Assembly: GCF_022539665.2 (NCBI RefSeq)
Contig: NC_081333.1
Span: forward strand, 7,068,001 to 7,132,000
Direction: 5' to 3'
Source of the DNA: Daphnia carinata
Lineage: Eukaryota
Length of the DNA: 64,000 nt
Part shown: one piece after another, positions 50,815-64,000 of the stretch
Layout: each line of letters opens with the position of its first letter
Numbering within the stretch: position 1 is the first letter of the stretch
Position numbers and translations under genes: made by a program
The notes under the pieces: generated by a model
Told to the model about the DNA's origin: nothing
The model's input: only the letters and a program-made list of their open reading frames with translations
The model's database searches: none

Positions 50815-53800
50815 TAAAACAAAACATAGAGCGTTCTATTTTGCTAACGGGGTAAAAATTCATAGGAACGAACGATCATAATTCCTATGCACGCGCGTTT
50901 TTAAACCTAACGGCGGGTTGGGTGTGTTAATCATCCAACGGGAGATGAGAGACGAGTTCACTCTCTATGCCTCGCAGTGCAGCTCACGAACCAGAATCCA
51001 GTTATCGTAACGAGTTTGCAAATGAGATGGGGCAAAAAGAAAAAAAAATAACTCTGGATTTCAGCCGTTAGTTGTTTTCAATGATTCAATGGGCATCCTT
51101 GACGTGATGGCCAGCAGCTTGGTACTGCAGTACGTTCCACGTCCAGCGCATCCGTTCTTTTTTTTTCTATCTGCATATTATCGTTAATTACAGATAACGA
51201 CCAAAGACCGATGCGGATTTGCATGCAGCTTACATTTGCAGGAGCCAGATCGTAAAATAAACAGCGGGCCATCCGTCTATTCGTTCGACGTTGACGCCTC
51301 GTACACATAAAAAAATAAAATAAAGAAACGCATATCCGTCACCGTCTGTCTCCGTGCGCGGCTTGGGTCAAATCACATAACAAACAAGCTCACCGCATAC
51401 ACAAAAGAACGCTAATATAACATATCACTCGGTTCCAAGAATAACAGCGTGAAAAAGAAAAAAAGGTCCCATCAATACAAGATGATAGGTTAAAAAAAAA
51501 AAAAAAAAAAGGCGGGCGAGTGCTGGGCAAAGTGCCTGTTGTTGCTCACACCACATCGCCAAAATCCCATCAGTTTTATTTCTATAAAGAAAGAAAAGTA
51601 ATAATAAAAATAAGAAATAAAAACGTGTCTGAAAAGACGAAAACAGCAACGCACTTGGCATGACGACAGTAAAAATTCTACTGAAATGTGTAAATATATT
51701 TTTGTTAGAATTACTTTTCCCAAGCCCATTTAGAAATTTTAACAACTACGTACAATTGGTTATAATCAAAGAAATAGAAACGGAACAAATCAAGGATTTT
51801 TGAACACACACACACACACACAAAAACGAAATGAGCAAACAAAACAAATGAAATCACCAACAATTGGTTATTTGTTTGCGCATCATTTTGTTTCGATTGT
51901 TCTCGCTATGTGGTTGTTGATCAAAGCGATTCGGTCATTAATGAGATCTTAGAAAATCAAAACCGAAAAATGAGGCTTTCACACCGATTATAAGGCACCA
52001 CTCGATTAAGAATAAGGACAAATTGGGTGCTGAAACCCATTTGTTGTTAAAGCTTCACATACAAAGGCAGCATTTAAAAAGAAAATAAAAAGGATAAAGG
52101 GCCATTGCCAATAAAAACGAAAACACAATCATCCATTTCCTGTAGATTTTGATTACTATCGCTTGTATTCCTTTTGTTTCCCCCATGGCATAGTATAGCA
52201 TCTCGCTTCTTTAATATGAGAACCTATTACGATAGAGGCACCCTAGTAGGTGGTATTTATAAACGAGGCGTGCGGATAAGAACGAAACACACAAAAAAAA
52301 AGAGAAAAAAGCAAGGGAAGGTTGACGCCAGAAATTCCCATCATCACCCGTTTACACATTTCACGAGTCCTCTTTTTTCATTTTTCCTCACTTTATTATT
52401 ATTTTTTTCTTTACCACGGTTAAAAGTAGGTAACGCATCGTTGCCAGGGATTGTTGTCCCCTATTTTTTTCTTTCCCAACATTCGTTTACGACATACTAT
52501 ACGTTTTTCTTTCTACATATTCGACAGTTTTGGCTCCTGCTAACATAGCCATCAGGCGCAATCATACAATAACCCGACTTGCATATATACATATAAAGAA
52601 AATAAGAATTTGTATGAGGTAACATAAAAAGATAGGCAAGAAAAAAAATATCATCTTGGTTGGTTTCAGTTTTTTTTTTTCATATCTTTTTATTTGACCC
52701 CGAGCTGCGCCTATCGGCATGACAAACTCTCATCAAATTGCCGCCGCTGCTAACAAGCACGCATTTTTTTTTTTGTGAGCGTGTGTGTGTATTGAGAAAA
52801 CGGATTCTTTTACCGGTTCAAACCTATAGTCACTCATTTCATCTAGCATTCGTCGACCTCTAGAAGTTTCAGTCGCATTGCCTGAATGTGATTGAGCCAC
52901 GCAAACGTTGACATGTACAAACGATACAATAACAAAATTGGAAGCCATTCAACTTTAAAAAAAAAAAAAGGGAATATATTGTAGAGATGAGCACAGGAAG
53001 TGACCGGAGAGATTGTACGTTACATCATGGGAGCGATCCAGAAGCATTCTGGCGTATCGAAAATTATTCGTTTAACAAGGAATCGTATTATACAACCTCA
53101 CAACCGGTCTGAGATAATCGTAGGGAAAAGGGAGGGCATGTCCCGGCTACCCAAGGCCATCAACATCCGGCCGTCTGATATAACCACAATGTTAAATAAG
53201 GCGGACGGGCACGCACCGTCTCACTGGAAAGTGGCAAAAAGAAAAGAAACGAACAAAAAACAGACCCACAACAACTACAAACAAGGCAAACTGTATTGGG
53301 GTCCGCAGAGGACCTCATCGAGCCCAACTCTTTTTTTCCCTTCGTAACGTAACAGTTAGAAAACGAAGGACATCACATCAACGATCACAACAACAAACGC
53401 CTACTTGTTGCTACGTAAAAGTCTTGCTTCACATAGAGAAATGCTACCATCAGAGGTTAAGGCTATCGAATGAAAGCCGCAACGTTTCATACAGTAGAAC
53501 CAGCAAAGCAAAAAGCAGGCAATCAACAGTATCGAAAAATTACTCACGGCCAAAAAAAAAAAACTCAAGGCAATGGGCATGAAAGAGCTTTTCCCAAAAA
53601 CCGACACCTTGATTACTTTAACGTAGCGTTCAGCGAGCAAAAAAGTTAAGAAAAATGCCGCTCTTAAATCAACTTCAAGTTCCGTATAGATACACCTCGC
53701 ATTCAATCGTTGAGAAAGACAAACGAGCGCAAACACACAACAAAGATTGGAGTAAAGTAAACAGTGCTAAACTTTTCGAAAAGAAGTTTACATCCGCAGC

Positions 53801-56482
53801 CCAAAGAAATTAAGCCGCCAATTCATTTGATTTTTAAGAACGACGTAGCAGCACGCGACACGACGGGCATATCAATAAGGAAGAGCAATAAATCGCAAGG
53901 AAGTGGGGACCCATCCTTACACTTGGTCCATGCGCTGCAAGGTCATATACCGCGTCGAAAAGCCGGAACGAGAGAGCGGAGGACCGTAGAATTTACAACG
54001 AAAGGTGCAGCTGCCGCAGTTCTAGCTGTAATTAAACAGGACCTATGGGGAATATTTCTTCCAAGTTCATCTTGTCTTCTTCGCTTTCCCTTCGTAACAT
54101 TAAAGAAAAAAAAAAAAGGGCAAAATGTTTCAGTTTCTACCCGGCCGGTTGATATGCGCACGTTCCGCGCCCAGGAGTCCGCATTGCCGAGCCCTACCCT
54201 TCCAGCCCCCGATGGCAATTCGAATACGTAATCAGATGGTAAGTCTGGATGTCTAAATCCGACGACTTCCCTGAGCGTGATTATTGGTTTAAGAGTCTCT
54301 CACTGGGGGGATTTGACAAAAAAAAAAGGGGGGAAGGGAACCATCTATCGGTATATAGTTTATCTTTGAAGTAGGTAAATGCATCGCCTTATCTACTCTT
54401 GCCGCCGTCTATTCATACGACATCCAACCAGATGTTGACACTAATAATATTATGCTGCTTTCATTCCTTCGCTCTTTTCCTTAGATTCTTTACTTAAATA
54501 TACTTATTTTTATACTGCTGAGAATGATGTTTTTCTTCTTCTTTTTTTAGATCTTCGTTCTAGAAGAAGAAGGAGAAGAAAACAAGCGAAAATGTCTTAA
54601 GGATTTGCAGCATTGGAAAAAAAAAGCATCAACTGATGCGAGAGCAACGAGTGAAACGGTTGTGAAACAATGAGCTGATGCTCTACGCTCTTCTTTCTAG
54701 AGGACAAATGACGAAAAGAGGTATTAAGTCTGAAAATCTTGGTTGAAAATGTTAAGTTTCCAACAGATTTAGACAGCGACGATGTTGCTTCTCAAATCTG
54801 TTGAATACTTTTTCCCAACATGCAAATAGCGAAAGGCAGCACATAAAGAAAGTGTCACATCAACAGATTACCCACTTCACGTGGAAGCCCCGTTTCAGCA
54901 AGAGAGAAAAAAAATAAATTGTTTGACTAGTTGATTTCTGTTCGTTTTTTTTTCTGTAGCTTAATCCTTGAAGGTCTTAGATTTCTACAGAGTGCTGAAT
55001 CAGTAGAAGGCCCTTTATCAGGCGAAAACCAATTGTTTCTCGGTAAGCACATTTATACACACAGTCAAGAAATTCTCGCGCTGGTACGTTAAGCGAACCC
55101 TTGAAAATACGTTGACTTTGTCTCCGCAACGTAGCATATTGCATTTCCGTGTAATTGTTTTATTGAAATATGAGAAATTTCCCTCGTACACACGTTCTCC
55201 TCGCTTTTTAACGCTCACAAAGTCCTATAAACGATTGTTTTTTTATTCATTTTTCCTTTCTCGATTTTTTTTCTCCCGAAAATTTTACCGGATGGCCAAA
55301 CATTTCTCACACCGTTTTCGATGGGTGTACAGATTTTTTTTATTTTTTATTATTATTTTTTTTTTTTTAAAGGAAGAGCGTCGTGTAGGCGCCATTTACA
55401 TACGCTGGCATCGCATGGCAGCCATAACTAGAACCTCAGAACGTAAAAACGAACTGCAAGTCGACCGTATCGTCGAATAAATGGCTGTCGATAAACTTGA
55501 TCCGATTTGCATAGCACGTACACTGCGCTTGAGACATTGACGATTGGCAAAAGAAAAAGATCTCGAGAAACACCGAGAACATCTTAAAAGAGTTACGTAA
55601 AAAAAAAAAAAAAAAAAAAAACACATACACACATAAAAAAAAAAAAAAAAAGTAAATCCCAAAAAGAGTACGGATTCAGTGAAGAAAGTCTGAGTCTGTA
55701 ACGTTGCCACCGGGACGGAAACAATCGATAACAGTCAAGATATACGGGTTTTAAGTTGCGCTTGGATGACGAAAGCGACCGTCACCGGCATTGCAAACGA
55801 GAACTAACTGCATCGGACTTGGCCGTAATGGAACTTAAAAGGATCAAGCAAAGAAGCAAGACGTCAGTTCTGTGATCTACGGTCGACTGGGTACTAACAA
55901 TAGTAGCGCATAAATCAAACAGGTTGAAAAGCTACGGAGAAATCAGAAAGACTAACAACAACAAAAAAATTGTCAATTAAAACTCGTGGTTTTGACCTCC
56001 AGTTGAAATTGGACAGTAAAAAAATCTGAATCGAAAATGACGCAGAAAAACGGAACAAAATATAAGCCACCCCTTACACTGAAAACTTTAAGCTTTCTCT
56101 CCGCTCTACTTCTTGTTCATCAGATAATGAGTTTCCAGAGTATAATACGCATTTACTTATATAGGTCGAGGAGGACGCACGGAAGCGGAACCAAAATTAA
56201 AGTAAACTTGACCGAACGATCAGCTAAAATGATTGACTTCGCCTACGATTACCATCACGACCCTGACCATCATCATCATTTTCATCAGGCGTCGGTCGGT
56301 CGTCTTGCTGCTTCCTGTGTTTGGACACTAGGTTTTTCGCTCTTCCGGCGTCATTAGGACCATCTATCGAAACGATGGCTACTGCAATCGGAACTAAGCG
56401 ATTGACGTGCTTGACGTGCAGTCTCCACAATCGACGCAATGCTTGAACGCTATTGTAAAAGTATTTTCCTTAAAAAACTCTT

Positions 56483-56513
<31 letters not shown>

Positions 56514-58817
56514 GAAAACATAAATTGGGTTCTGTTTGTGTTCGGTTCGATCAGGGATGCATCAACGGTCCACAGAGATGGAGAAAAGGTGGAAGGCGAA
56601 GTAGAATTCGATTTAAAAAAAAACAAAAAACAAGATAAGATCTAAATAGATTCAGGAAATGCCAATAAGGTCAACTTGCCATGAACGTATCTCCATTTTC
56701 AACTAATGACTGTGTCGCAATTTTTTATTGATCAAAGTCAAACAGAATCGAGACGTAATCAAGGTCTACGGACGACATTCATTCGGGCAAATTGCTCCCT
56801 TGCATCACAAGTCACGTCGCACTTTGCTGCCATGCCGCTATGTCTAATAAAACTACCGGATTCTTAGACAAGGCGTTAACACGACGGCGTCAAAAAGAAA
56901 TCAAACGACAAAAAAAGAAAAAAAGAAAAAAAAAAAAAAGGCCATCACCTAAGGGCCGTTGGTTTTCTCTTCAAACAAGCGAGTCCTTTTCTTTCTTCTT
57001 TCATCAATGCGTAGAATACGTCGCCGAACGACAGCCCGCCTTGATTGTTACAGGTTTTCGTACTGATGACTAAAATTAATGGAGATATGAGGAAGGTAAA
57101 ACACTTGCCAAAAATAAAAGAAAAAAAAAAAAGGAAATTGGAAGAGGAAAAAGAGCTGAAGGCGCAAGAAAGCAAAGATGCGTGAAATGGCCTACTCATC
57201 AAGCCGGGCCAAACTTCCCATGGGATTGTTGATTGCGACGTTCTCGCTATTGCACTTGCTGCATACGCTCAAAGAACGGACAACGAAAATTAATGGCCGG
57301 ATTCAAAAACATTGTCGTCATCTTTTCCAATTGAAGTGAACGTGGGAAATAACGACGCCATCGAATTTTCAAGGTTCCTTCCCGATTCAACGACTCCGGA
57401 GCGCCCTCCAAGGAGGCGGACGGGAGGGAAGGATCTAGTTTACATAAACCAAAGTGTCTACGCTATTGTTTGATAACGTGATAACAAGTGGAAAACTAAT
57501 GTCACAAGAATCAGGTGGCGATATGCCAACAATAAAAAAAAAGGGCCCCTATGGCAATTGGTATTTTTTTTTTTTTTTTGTTCGATGGTCGATTCCTTGC
57601 CGGAAGGTCCTTATTTTTTTTCTTTTCTATTTAGACAAATCCGAAACGCTTGCCACCTGTGCAACGGGGCGGCAACGTGCAATGGCGTCGTCACTGGACT
57701 GTGAATTGTTAGCTGTCGGAACGACAAGAAAATCTCGTTGCCAACCCAGAACAAAAAGAAAATAAAATCAAATCAAACAGCAAAAATTTACATAAATAAA
57801 AAGAAAAAGCAATAAAGAAAATGGTAAAAGATTGACGACAGTATACGTTTGCGCAGAAGCTTTTGCAATAATAAAATAAAAAAACGGATTGTTTTTTGGG
57901 TTGGCTAAACGAACCAAAACCCCTTGTCGAAGCTGCAAATTCTTTCGTAAAGCGAGTCGGTATTTTAAAAAAATTAAAAAAAAAGAAAATAATGGAGAAA
58001 TTCCGGAATTTTTAATAGTCTGCACAAAAAGAAATTTTTGCGTGTGCGTTACGTGGCGGAATTTCGTAATCATCGTCATCAACGAACCGAGTGGGCGGTA
58101 GAGTAAAAGCTCGCGCTAGCCCATCAAAGGAAGGAGAAGAAAAAAAAAATATATATATATATAAATAGAGCCGAGTCGTCAAGTGTTGCGAATATGAGTT
58201 GAAAAAGAAACCCAGCATCTGCCAGTTGTATAAGGAATACACTCAAAAAAAAAAAAAAAAAAAAAAAGAAAAAGAAAAAGAGAGACAGGAACAACGTTGT
58301 TAAAAAAAAAAAAAAGAATGCCTCCTTTCCTCCCCAGCTCGGCGGATGCCTGAATTTACATTTGAATGTGAAAACGTGTGAGCTGTCTGCATAGCACCTG
58401 ACGGGCCAACTACATTAAATAAACAAAAGACTGTTTCGCTCTTCGTGCGAACGATGACAACACAGGAAAAATAAAGCGAAAATCAATAAGAAAATAGACG
58501 TCACGTCTACTTTGTCTGAAACGAGTAAATATCGTTTACGTACCCACAAATTCCCCGGGTTTCATTTTTCATTTTTAGGGGGGGGGGGGGGGGGGGGTTC
58601 CGTATTTCTTTGAATTTCCTATATACCATCATTTCCAATTTTTTTTTTCTTTACGGATAGCAGGGTTGGGTGGGGAGAAATCTTTAATTAAGTTTTGGGT
58701 CATTATGCCAAGCCTCCGGAATTCTTTCGCCTTAAATACGTATTGATAATGAGACAATGTAGGACCCAATCCTCCCTTTCTCCCTCCGCCAGAGGAATAG
58801 ATGAGAGTTGCAATATA

Positions 58818-58862
<45 letters not shown>

Positions 58863-60286
58863 CTCGACATTTCATTATGAGGCTTACATTTCGTATAGCT
58901 CCACAATCATCGATTCTTTCTCATTGCAGCAGCCGGTGCAGAGAGAGAGAGTTATAGTCTTACATTCTCTTTCTTTTCTTTTCTTTTTTTTATTTATTTA
59001 TTTGTTTATTCGTTCAAATGTGACCGTGCTAACGATAAGGAGCCATCGGCTATGGCTCCTCTTACACTCGGCGCTAACCGGATTTCGACAATCATTGCCG
59101 TTCAAGATTTTTTTTTTCTCTTTCACCCGACAAACGCACGCCCATCCGTTTAACTCCCGCCTTCTATCCCAGTAAAAAAATGAAAACGGGACATTAAAAT
59201 TGTTTTTAAAAAAATAAACCTCGACTGATTTATGATTTCCTAGTTTTCGAACAAGTTTTTCAACTGCGATGCAAACACACTCCAAAGTTCTTTTGGCGTC
59301 AATCTGTTATCTGCCGTTTTGCGTATCACTTCGGCTATAAATCCAACGTAATTTCGACTCACGCAAAGGCTTCGGCAGGTGTTATGACGCTACGGTAATG
59401 ACCCAGGACGAACGACGATGATAATGGGCCCCATGATGAATGATGCCGCTGTTTACCATCTTCAATATATCCCTCGCAGGCCCTTACAAGTTCACAGCCG
59501 TTTACCAAACGTGAAAACGAAAGCAATTGGTCCGCTCGCCCAAAGCCATCGCTTTCGTTCGTACGTCAAACAAGATTTTTTTTTTTTTTTTTTTTAAAGC
59601 ACATCGTTTGACTGTCATGAGTTATATATATTTTTTTTACAACGCGGACCGTGCTGTGCTGCAACAGCAATAAATCTTTAAGGCACTCTCGGGCTAGCAA
59701 AAAGCGACGCAGTTGCTATGACAACAAGGGGAGCCCCAAACGGCTTGCGTAACTTGGCCCACGACGTCTATATGATTTTGTCATTGTCACGGGCTGCGAA
59801 ATGTATGCGATTTGACAATCGCGCTGACCCGGCAACAGTTGACGACAAACGTTTCTTTTGACTGAAAAACGCAATCAGTTTGCAACCGAGAACAATTGCA
59901 AAATTAACACCATTGTAATAATGGAGAGAAAGAGAAAGAGAGAGAGAGTGAGAGAGAGAGAGAGAGAGAGAAGGAAAAGAGAGAGAGAGAGGCAGCCAGC
60001 AGAATAAATACGACGAGTCAACATCAACACATAAATGTAGGCTATAGTACAGTCAGCAATAGTTGCGCAAATCCCAAAAGAAGAGGGTGGCAGACAAGAC
60101 AAAGAGCTGTTTCTAATGAGCAGACCAATTAGTGAGAATCAGCCTCTCAATCCCCCGGTAGTACGACACACACACACACATAGACGTAATAATCCTAAAG
60201 CTGTTAAATGTACCGCGCATGAAGGAACGTCTGCACGGTATGAAAATTCCCTCTGGTGATTATCTGTGGCGGATGTCCGACCCCAA

Positions 60287-60323
<37 letters not shown>

Positions 60324-63300
60324 GTGTTAGCCAACAAAGTGCGGCTTAGTAGATTCAGTGGGGATAACAGACCGCGTTTATCGACTCGTTTCTACGGCTC
60401 GTGAGTATGTGTACAGTCACTTTTGAAAAGCCGACCTGGAACGCACACACTGCGGTGCACGACCATTGGACAACAAGTTGACGTCATTTGCGGTCACCGA
60501 CAACTTCTTTCTCTCACAATTTTTTTTTTTTTTAAACTGCGATAGCAAACCCCCCCAAAAAAAACAACGTCCGTAGTTCATTTAGACGGACGGAAAAAAA
60601 AAGCGCGGCCGAGCGGAAAACGGCAGATGTACTTGGTATATACAGGTACATTCAATTCACACACTCGTCGCACGCCATTAATACGATATTATTCATCCGC
60701 TTTTTTCTATTTCCGTACAGATACCCTCCCCTTCCCCCCCTTTTTTTTCTCTTCAATTAAACGCTTTCGTCTAGCCGAGGATTTCTCAGCTCCCTTACCA
60801 CCCACTTTGAATGTAAGTTGGTTAAGAAACAAGTAAGCTAGGCGGTCGGTCGTTTACCTTTAAAACAAAGAAAAAAAACGAAAGTGAAACGAAAATTAAA
60901 AAAAAAAAAAAAAGAAACATGGATAAAAATAACAAGGCAAAAGGTGAGAAAAACGATAGTTGAAAAAAAAAGAAACCAGAAAAGGCGGCCGACAATAAAA
61001 ACAAAAAAAAAAAAAAAAAAAAAAAAAAACAGGGAGATAATTATAGACATCGTACCGCGCATCTGTTACTACGTCTAAATGCTCTATTCTCTTGCTTATT
61101 CATTTTTACTACTTCGCTTTGTGTTCTTCGAATTTCCAGAGATTACCAACGGAGTTCCCGACCCAGACGCTGTTGTTGTTACAGCCCACACAAAACTGCG
61201 TGTATACATGAGCGATGTCCCTTGTATTATTACAACGCTATTTTTCAAGAAAAATAACAGAAATAAAAGCGGTTTTTTTTTTTTTAAACGGATGTCGTGT
61301 AGAAAGAAGAACAAAAAAAAAAAAAAATGATTGATTTAGCCGTCTTTTTGCGCCCAAGAAACGAATATATGTATGTAATAACATGTTAATGCGAAGTAAT
61401 AAGAGAATGGAAGAACGAAAGAAAAGAAAAACAAGATGGGAGTCCGGATGCTAGCGCACGTAATTCCATTGATCGAAAAAAAAAAAAAAGAAAGAAAAAG
61501 ACATACGTGCAACGTCGGTCCGTATGTTTTTTTTTTCCTTTCCCTTCGATGTGCAAATACAAAAAAAAAAAAAAAAAAAAAAATGTAACACCTTTGAGGA
61601 CGAGACGGGGTATACTGTATGTGGAATGAAAACGATTTGTTCTCCGTCGTTGAGTTTCTATACCGAGTCGGTCATCAAACGAATGAGATAAGAAAAAAGA
61701 AAAAAGCAGAAGGTGGCAACATCTGCAACGTAGCTGCAACATAAAAACACCTAAAAATAGTAGAAGCCTTGCCAAACGAACTGTACCGAGAATGAAACGT
61801 TTGTCAGAAAAAATTACAAACAGCCAATCCCAAAAATAAAAATGAAAGAGGTAAGCCTCGTACTTATTTTTTGTTTTCTAACGTGAATTTCATCACGAAG
61901 AAAAAAAACAAACAAAACAAAACAAAAGCGGTCATCCCTTTAGCTAAGAAGGAAACTTTCATTTTGGTGGTCAGAACGGGTGTAGACAAACGATGAGATA
62001 AGCTCCCGTGGCTAAACCTCTTCATGTCCAAAGATCGGATTAACTTCCCATGTTTTCCTTGTCGTCCCTTTTTTTTCTATATATATTTTCTTCTCTCTCC
62101 TTTATTTTTTCAACACGCATTGGCTTCTTTTCTTTTTACTTCACGAAGGCAAAAGGAAAAAAAAAAATATATAGGGAACTGACAGTAGGGAACAAAGAGC
62201 TATGGTGACTCGTGACTCGAGAAGATTGGGCGGGCGTGAATTCTTATCTCATCTAGCCAGTAATTCTCTGTTGCACGGCGTTTCATTGAATTAGATGGAA
62301 CATATGGTGAGTCGTGCGTAAGGGTCACACACACACACACACACACACGCAGGGTTGGTGGTGGTAGTGTTAGCCGAAGCGTTCGTTTTCTCATTTCTTT
62401 CTATCGGACGCGAAAAAAAAAAATAATAAATAATGACATTGCAATACATGTAGATCACGCCATGTGTTGGCATTTGGCGAGATGCTACGAGACTCGACTT
62501 TGCCCAAAAACTAAGCAAAAAGATTTTTTTTTTCTTTTTCACTCTTCAGAATAAAAGAAAAACAAATGAAAAGAGACGTGAAATGAAATGTTCTTTTCAA
62601 CATCCCTGGATTATTCTTTTTTAAAGGAGGAAAAAAAAAATGTGAAGTAACATTTCAGAGGAAAACGCATTGAGCGTGTGATAATAACGCGTTGGCAGGC
62701 ACGTTATTATAGAAAAAAAAAATAAAAAGAGAGGCAAACATCATAATAACTAAGAAGGATATGGTAAGTACAATAGTCTCCTATCCTCCATTATTCCATA
62801 TTCGAATGACTAGTATTCAAAGCCACGCCACATTGCAACATGATCGAGAGAGATAAGCGAATTCCGCACTCGTTTTCTGCGCTCACACGCATCCGAAAGA
62901 CACCCATGGATTCGCAGTTGTAATGGAATTCAAGACAAACGATGACACGATATATCATTTCAATCAAGCCCTCGGCTGATTTACGTGTAGCCCCCCCCCC
63001 CTTCCCTCCACCCAAAAGAAAAATAATTTTAAAAAATCGCCACTTACTTGCAGTAGAATAATCTTCCTTCTTGCGTCATGTGGGCCGTCCATCCGCACTT
63101 GAGTCGATTCTTGAACGGTTCCGTTTGTTCACCGGACGGACGGGTTGCAACATCGGCTTTGATGTCGTCGTTCTCCGGTTTAGCGGCAACGCTGGCTGCA
63201 ACATTTAAACTCACCGTTGGTGGACTCTCTTGGATGTCGGTCGCCTCTTCTTTGACGGCCGCGTCCTTCACTTCCGCCTCGGCCACGGGCGCCTCTTTTT

Positions 63301-63373
63301 CCGCCGCCGTCGTCGGCGCATCTTCGGTTGCCGGGCCGGCCCCGATTTGGCCGTACCACGGATTTAGAAACAT
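23650..63373 (-). CDS. FERM and PDZ domain-containing scaffold (FRMPD4/Preso-like): WW-WW-PDZ-FERM, long disordered region, C-terminal helical bundle; about 1984 aa. Exons 63048-63373, 31848-31988, 31495-31638, 31241-31409, 31028-31141, 30709-30957, 30488-30607, 30290-30426, 29909-30128, 29754-29834, 28155-28259, 27962-28091, 27711-27871, 25337-27646, 24888-25265, 23650-24819
   Basis: All introns are GT-AG and phase-consistent (5955 nt in total). WW1 [32 protein letters not shown]2 [91 protein letters not shown]...[10 protein letters not shown]. An upstream non-coding exon is implied by the acceptor ending at 63457. Confidence 0.92.
44066..44106. repeat. (TG)n microsatellite
   Basis: About 20 uninterrupted TG units. 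Confidence 0.95.
46362..46441 (-). CDS. Candidate alternative first coding exon of the FRMPD gene: [26 protein letters not shown](S)
   Basis: ATG at 46441 in gagATGG context; MGxxxS myristoylation consensus; RRKRSK basic cluster. Donor AG|gtaacg is phase 2, matching the acceptor at 31988. Confidence 0.62.
58821..58860. repeat. (GA)n microsatellite
   Basis: 20 GA units; related GA tracts near 48237-48258 and 59925-59990. Confidence 0.95.
60291..60326. repeat. (TG)n microsatellite
   Basis: TG run with a single CG interruption. Confidence 0.9.
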
Positions 63374-63695
63374 TGACGATGGAGCTGCAGTTTCCCTTCG
63401 GGACACGAATTACTTAGCAGTAGAAGCAGCTTCGCGACGATGGCTCCCGTCTACAGCTGCATAATAAAAAAAAAAAAACGGAAACAATTAGTCATTTTTG
63501 CATGGCGCTTTCGTCAGTGTGACCACCGTCAGGTGGCAAAGATGGACAGACTAGAATTTGAACAATAGAAAACCGGAGGCATGCACTACTCGTCCAAGGC
63601 AGCCGTTACACACAACAAAAACAGCGGGCAAACCCAAGTCCGTGATGGCGACTGTTCCGCAACCGGAACTCTTTGACGTGAAATACATCATTTGC

Positions 63696-63728
<33 letters not shown>

Positions 63729-64000
63729 AACTTCCTTTTTGCTTTCTTCACCACGGACTGTTTTGAGTGAAGACGAGGTTTTTTTTTTTCTTTCTTGGCT
63801 TGGATGAACGGAGCCCTCCCGCCGCTGTGAGCTGGCAGATGGCCGCTCAATTCATGCGAACAAGGATCGTCTCTTTTACTCTTTCCATCCGAAAGCGGAC
63901 AGACACAACCCGGCAAACGCCCCAAAATTGATGACGCACACGACACAATGAGACATAACGTCTGTGGAGAAAGAAAAAGAAAAAGATGTGAAGATGCGAC

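Noticed and set aside
32200..63000. Numerous 60-165 aa ORFs rich in F/K or VCVC/ERER
   Set aside because: Translations of poly(A/T) and microsatellite tracts in intronic DNA.

Overview
Eukaryotic, arthropod-like genomic DNA with compact 60-100 nt GT-AG introns and microsatellites; compatible with a cladoceran such as Daphnia (inference). Four parts. (1) 1-1114: last three exons of a mitochondrial-type Lon protease (+). (2) About 1.5-19.7 kb (-): eight related large exons (V1-V8). Typically they encode a signal peptide, a variable region, GGYG..CC, a hydrophobic segment, TTTAAP and a polybasic convertase-like site, and all eight end in a phase-1 splice donor. I find only two homologous C-terminal DM4/DM12-like cysteine modules (C at 1481-1841, C' at 14949-15238). 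This suggests a clustered-protocadherin/UGT1A-like 'many alternative first exons to a shared constant exon' system (6 V to C, 2 V to C'), which is the main finding and needs RNA confirmation. (3) 20.9-22.5 kb: a palindromic, tandemly repeated MITE/foldback-like element. (4) 23.6-63.4 kb (-): a 16-coding-exon WW-WW-PDZ-FERM scaffold gene (FRMPD family, about 1984 aa). Its 31 kb intron splits the first WW domain and contains a candidate alternative first exon encoding an N-myristoylation plus polybasic N-terminus. All exon boundaries were read by hand; no database searches were run.
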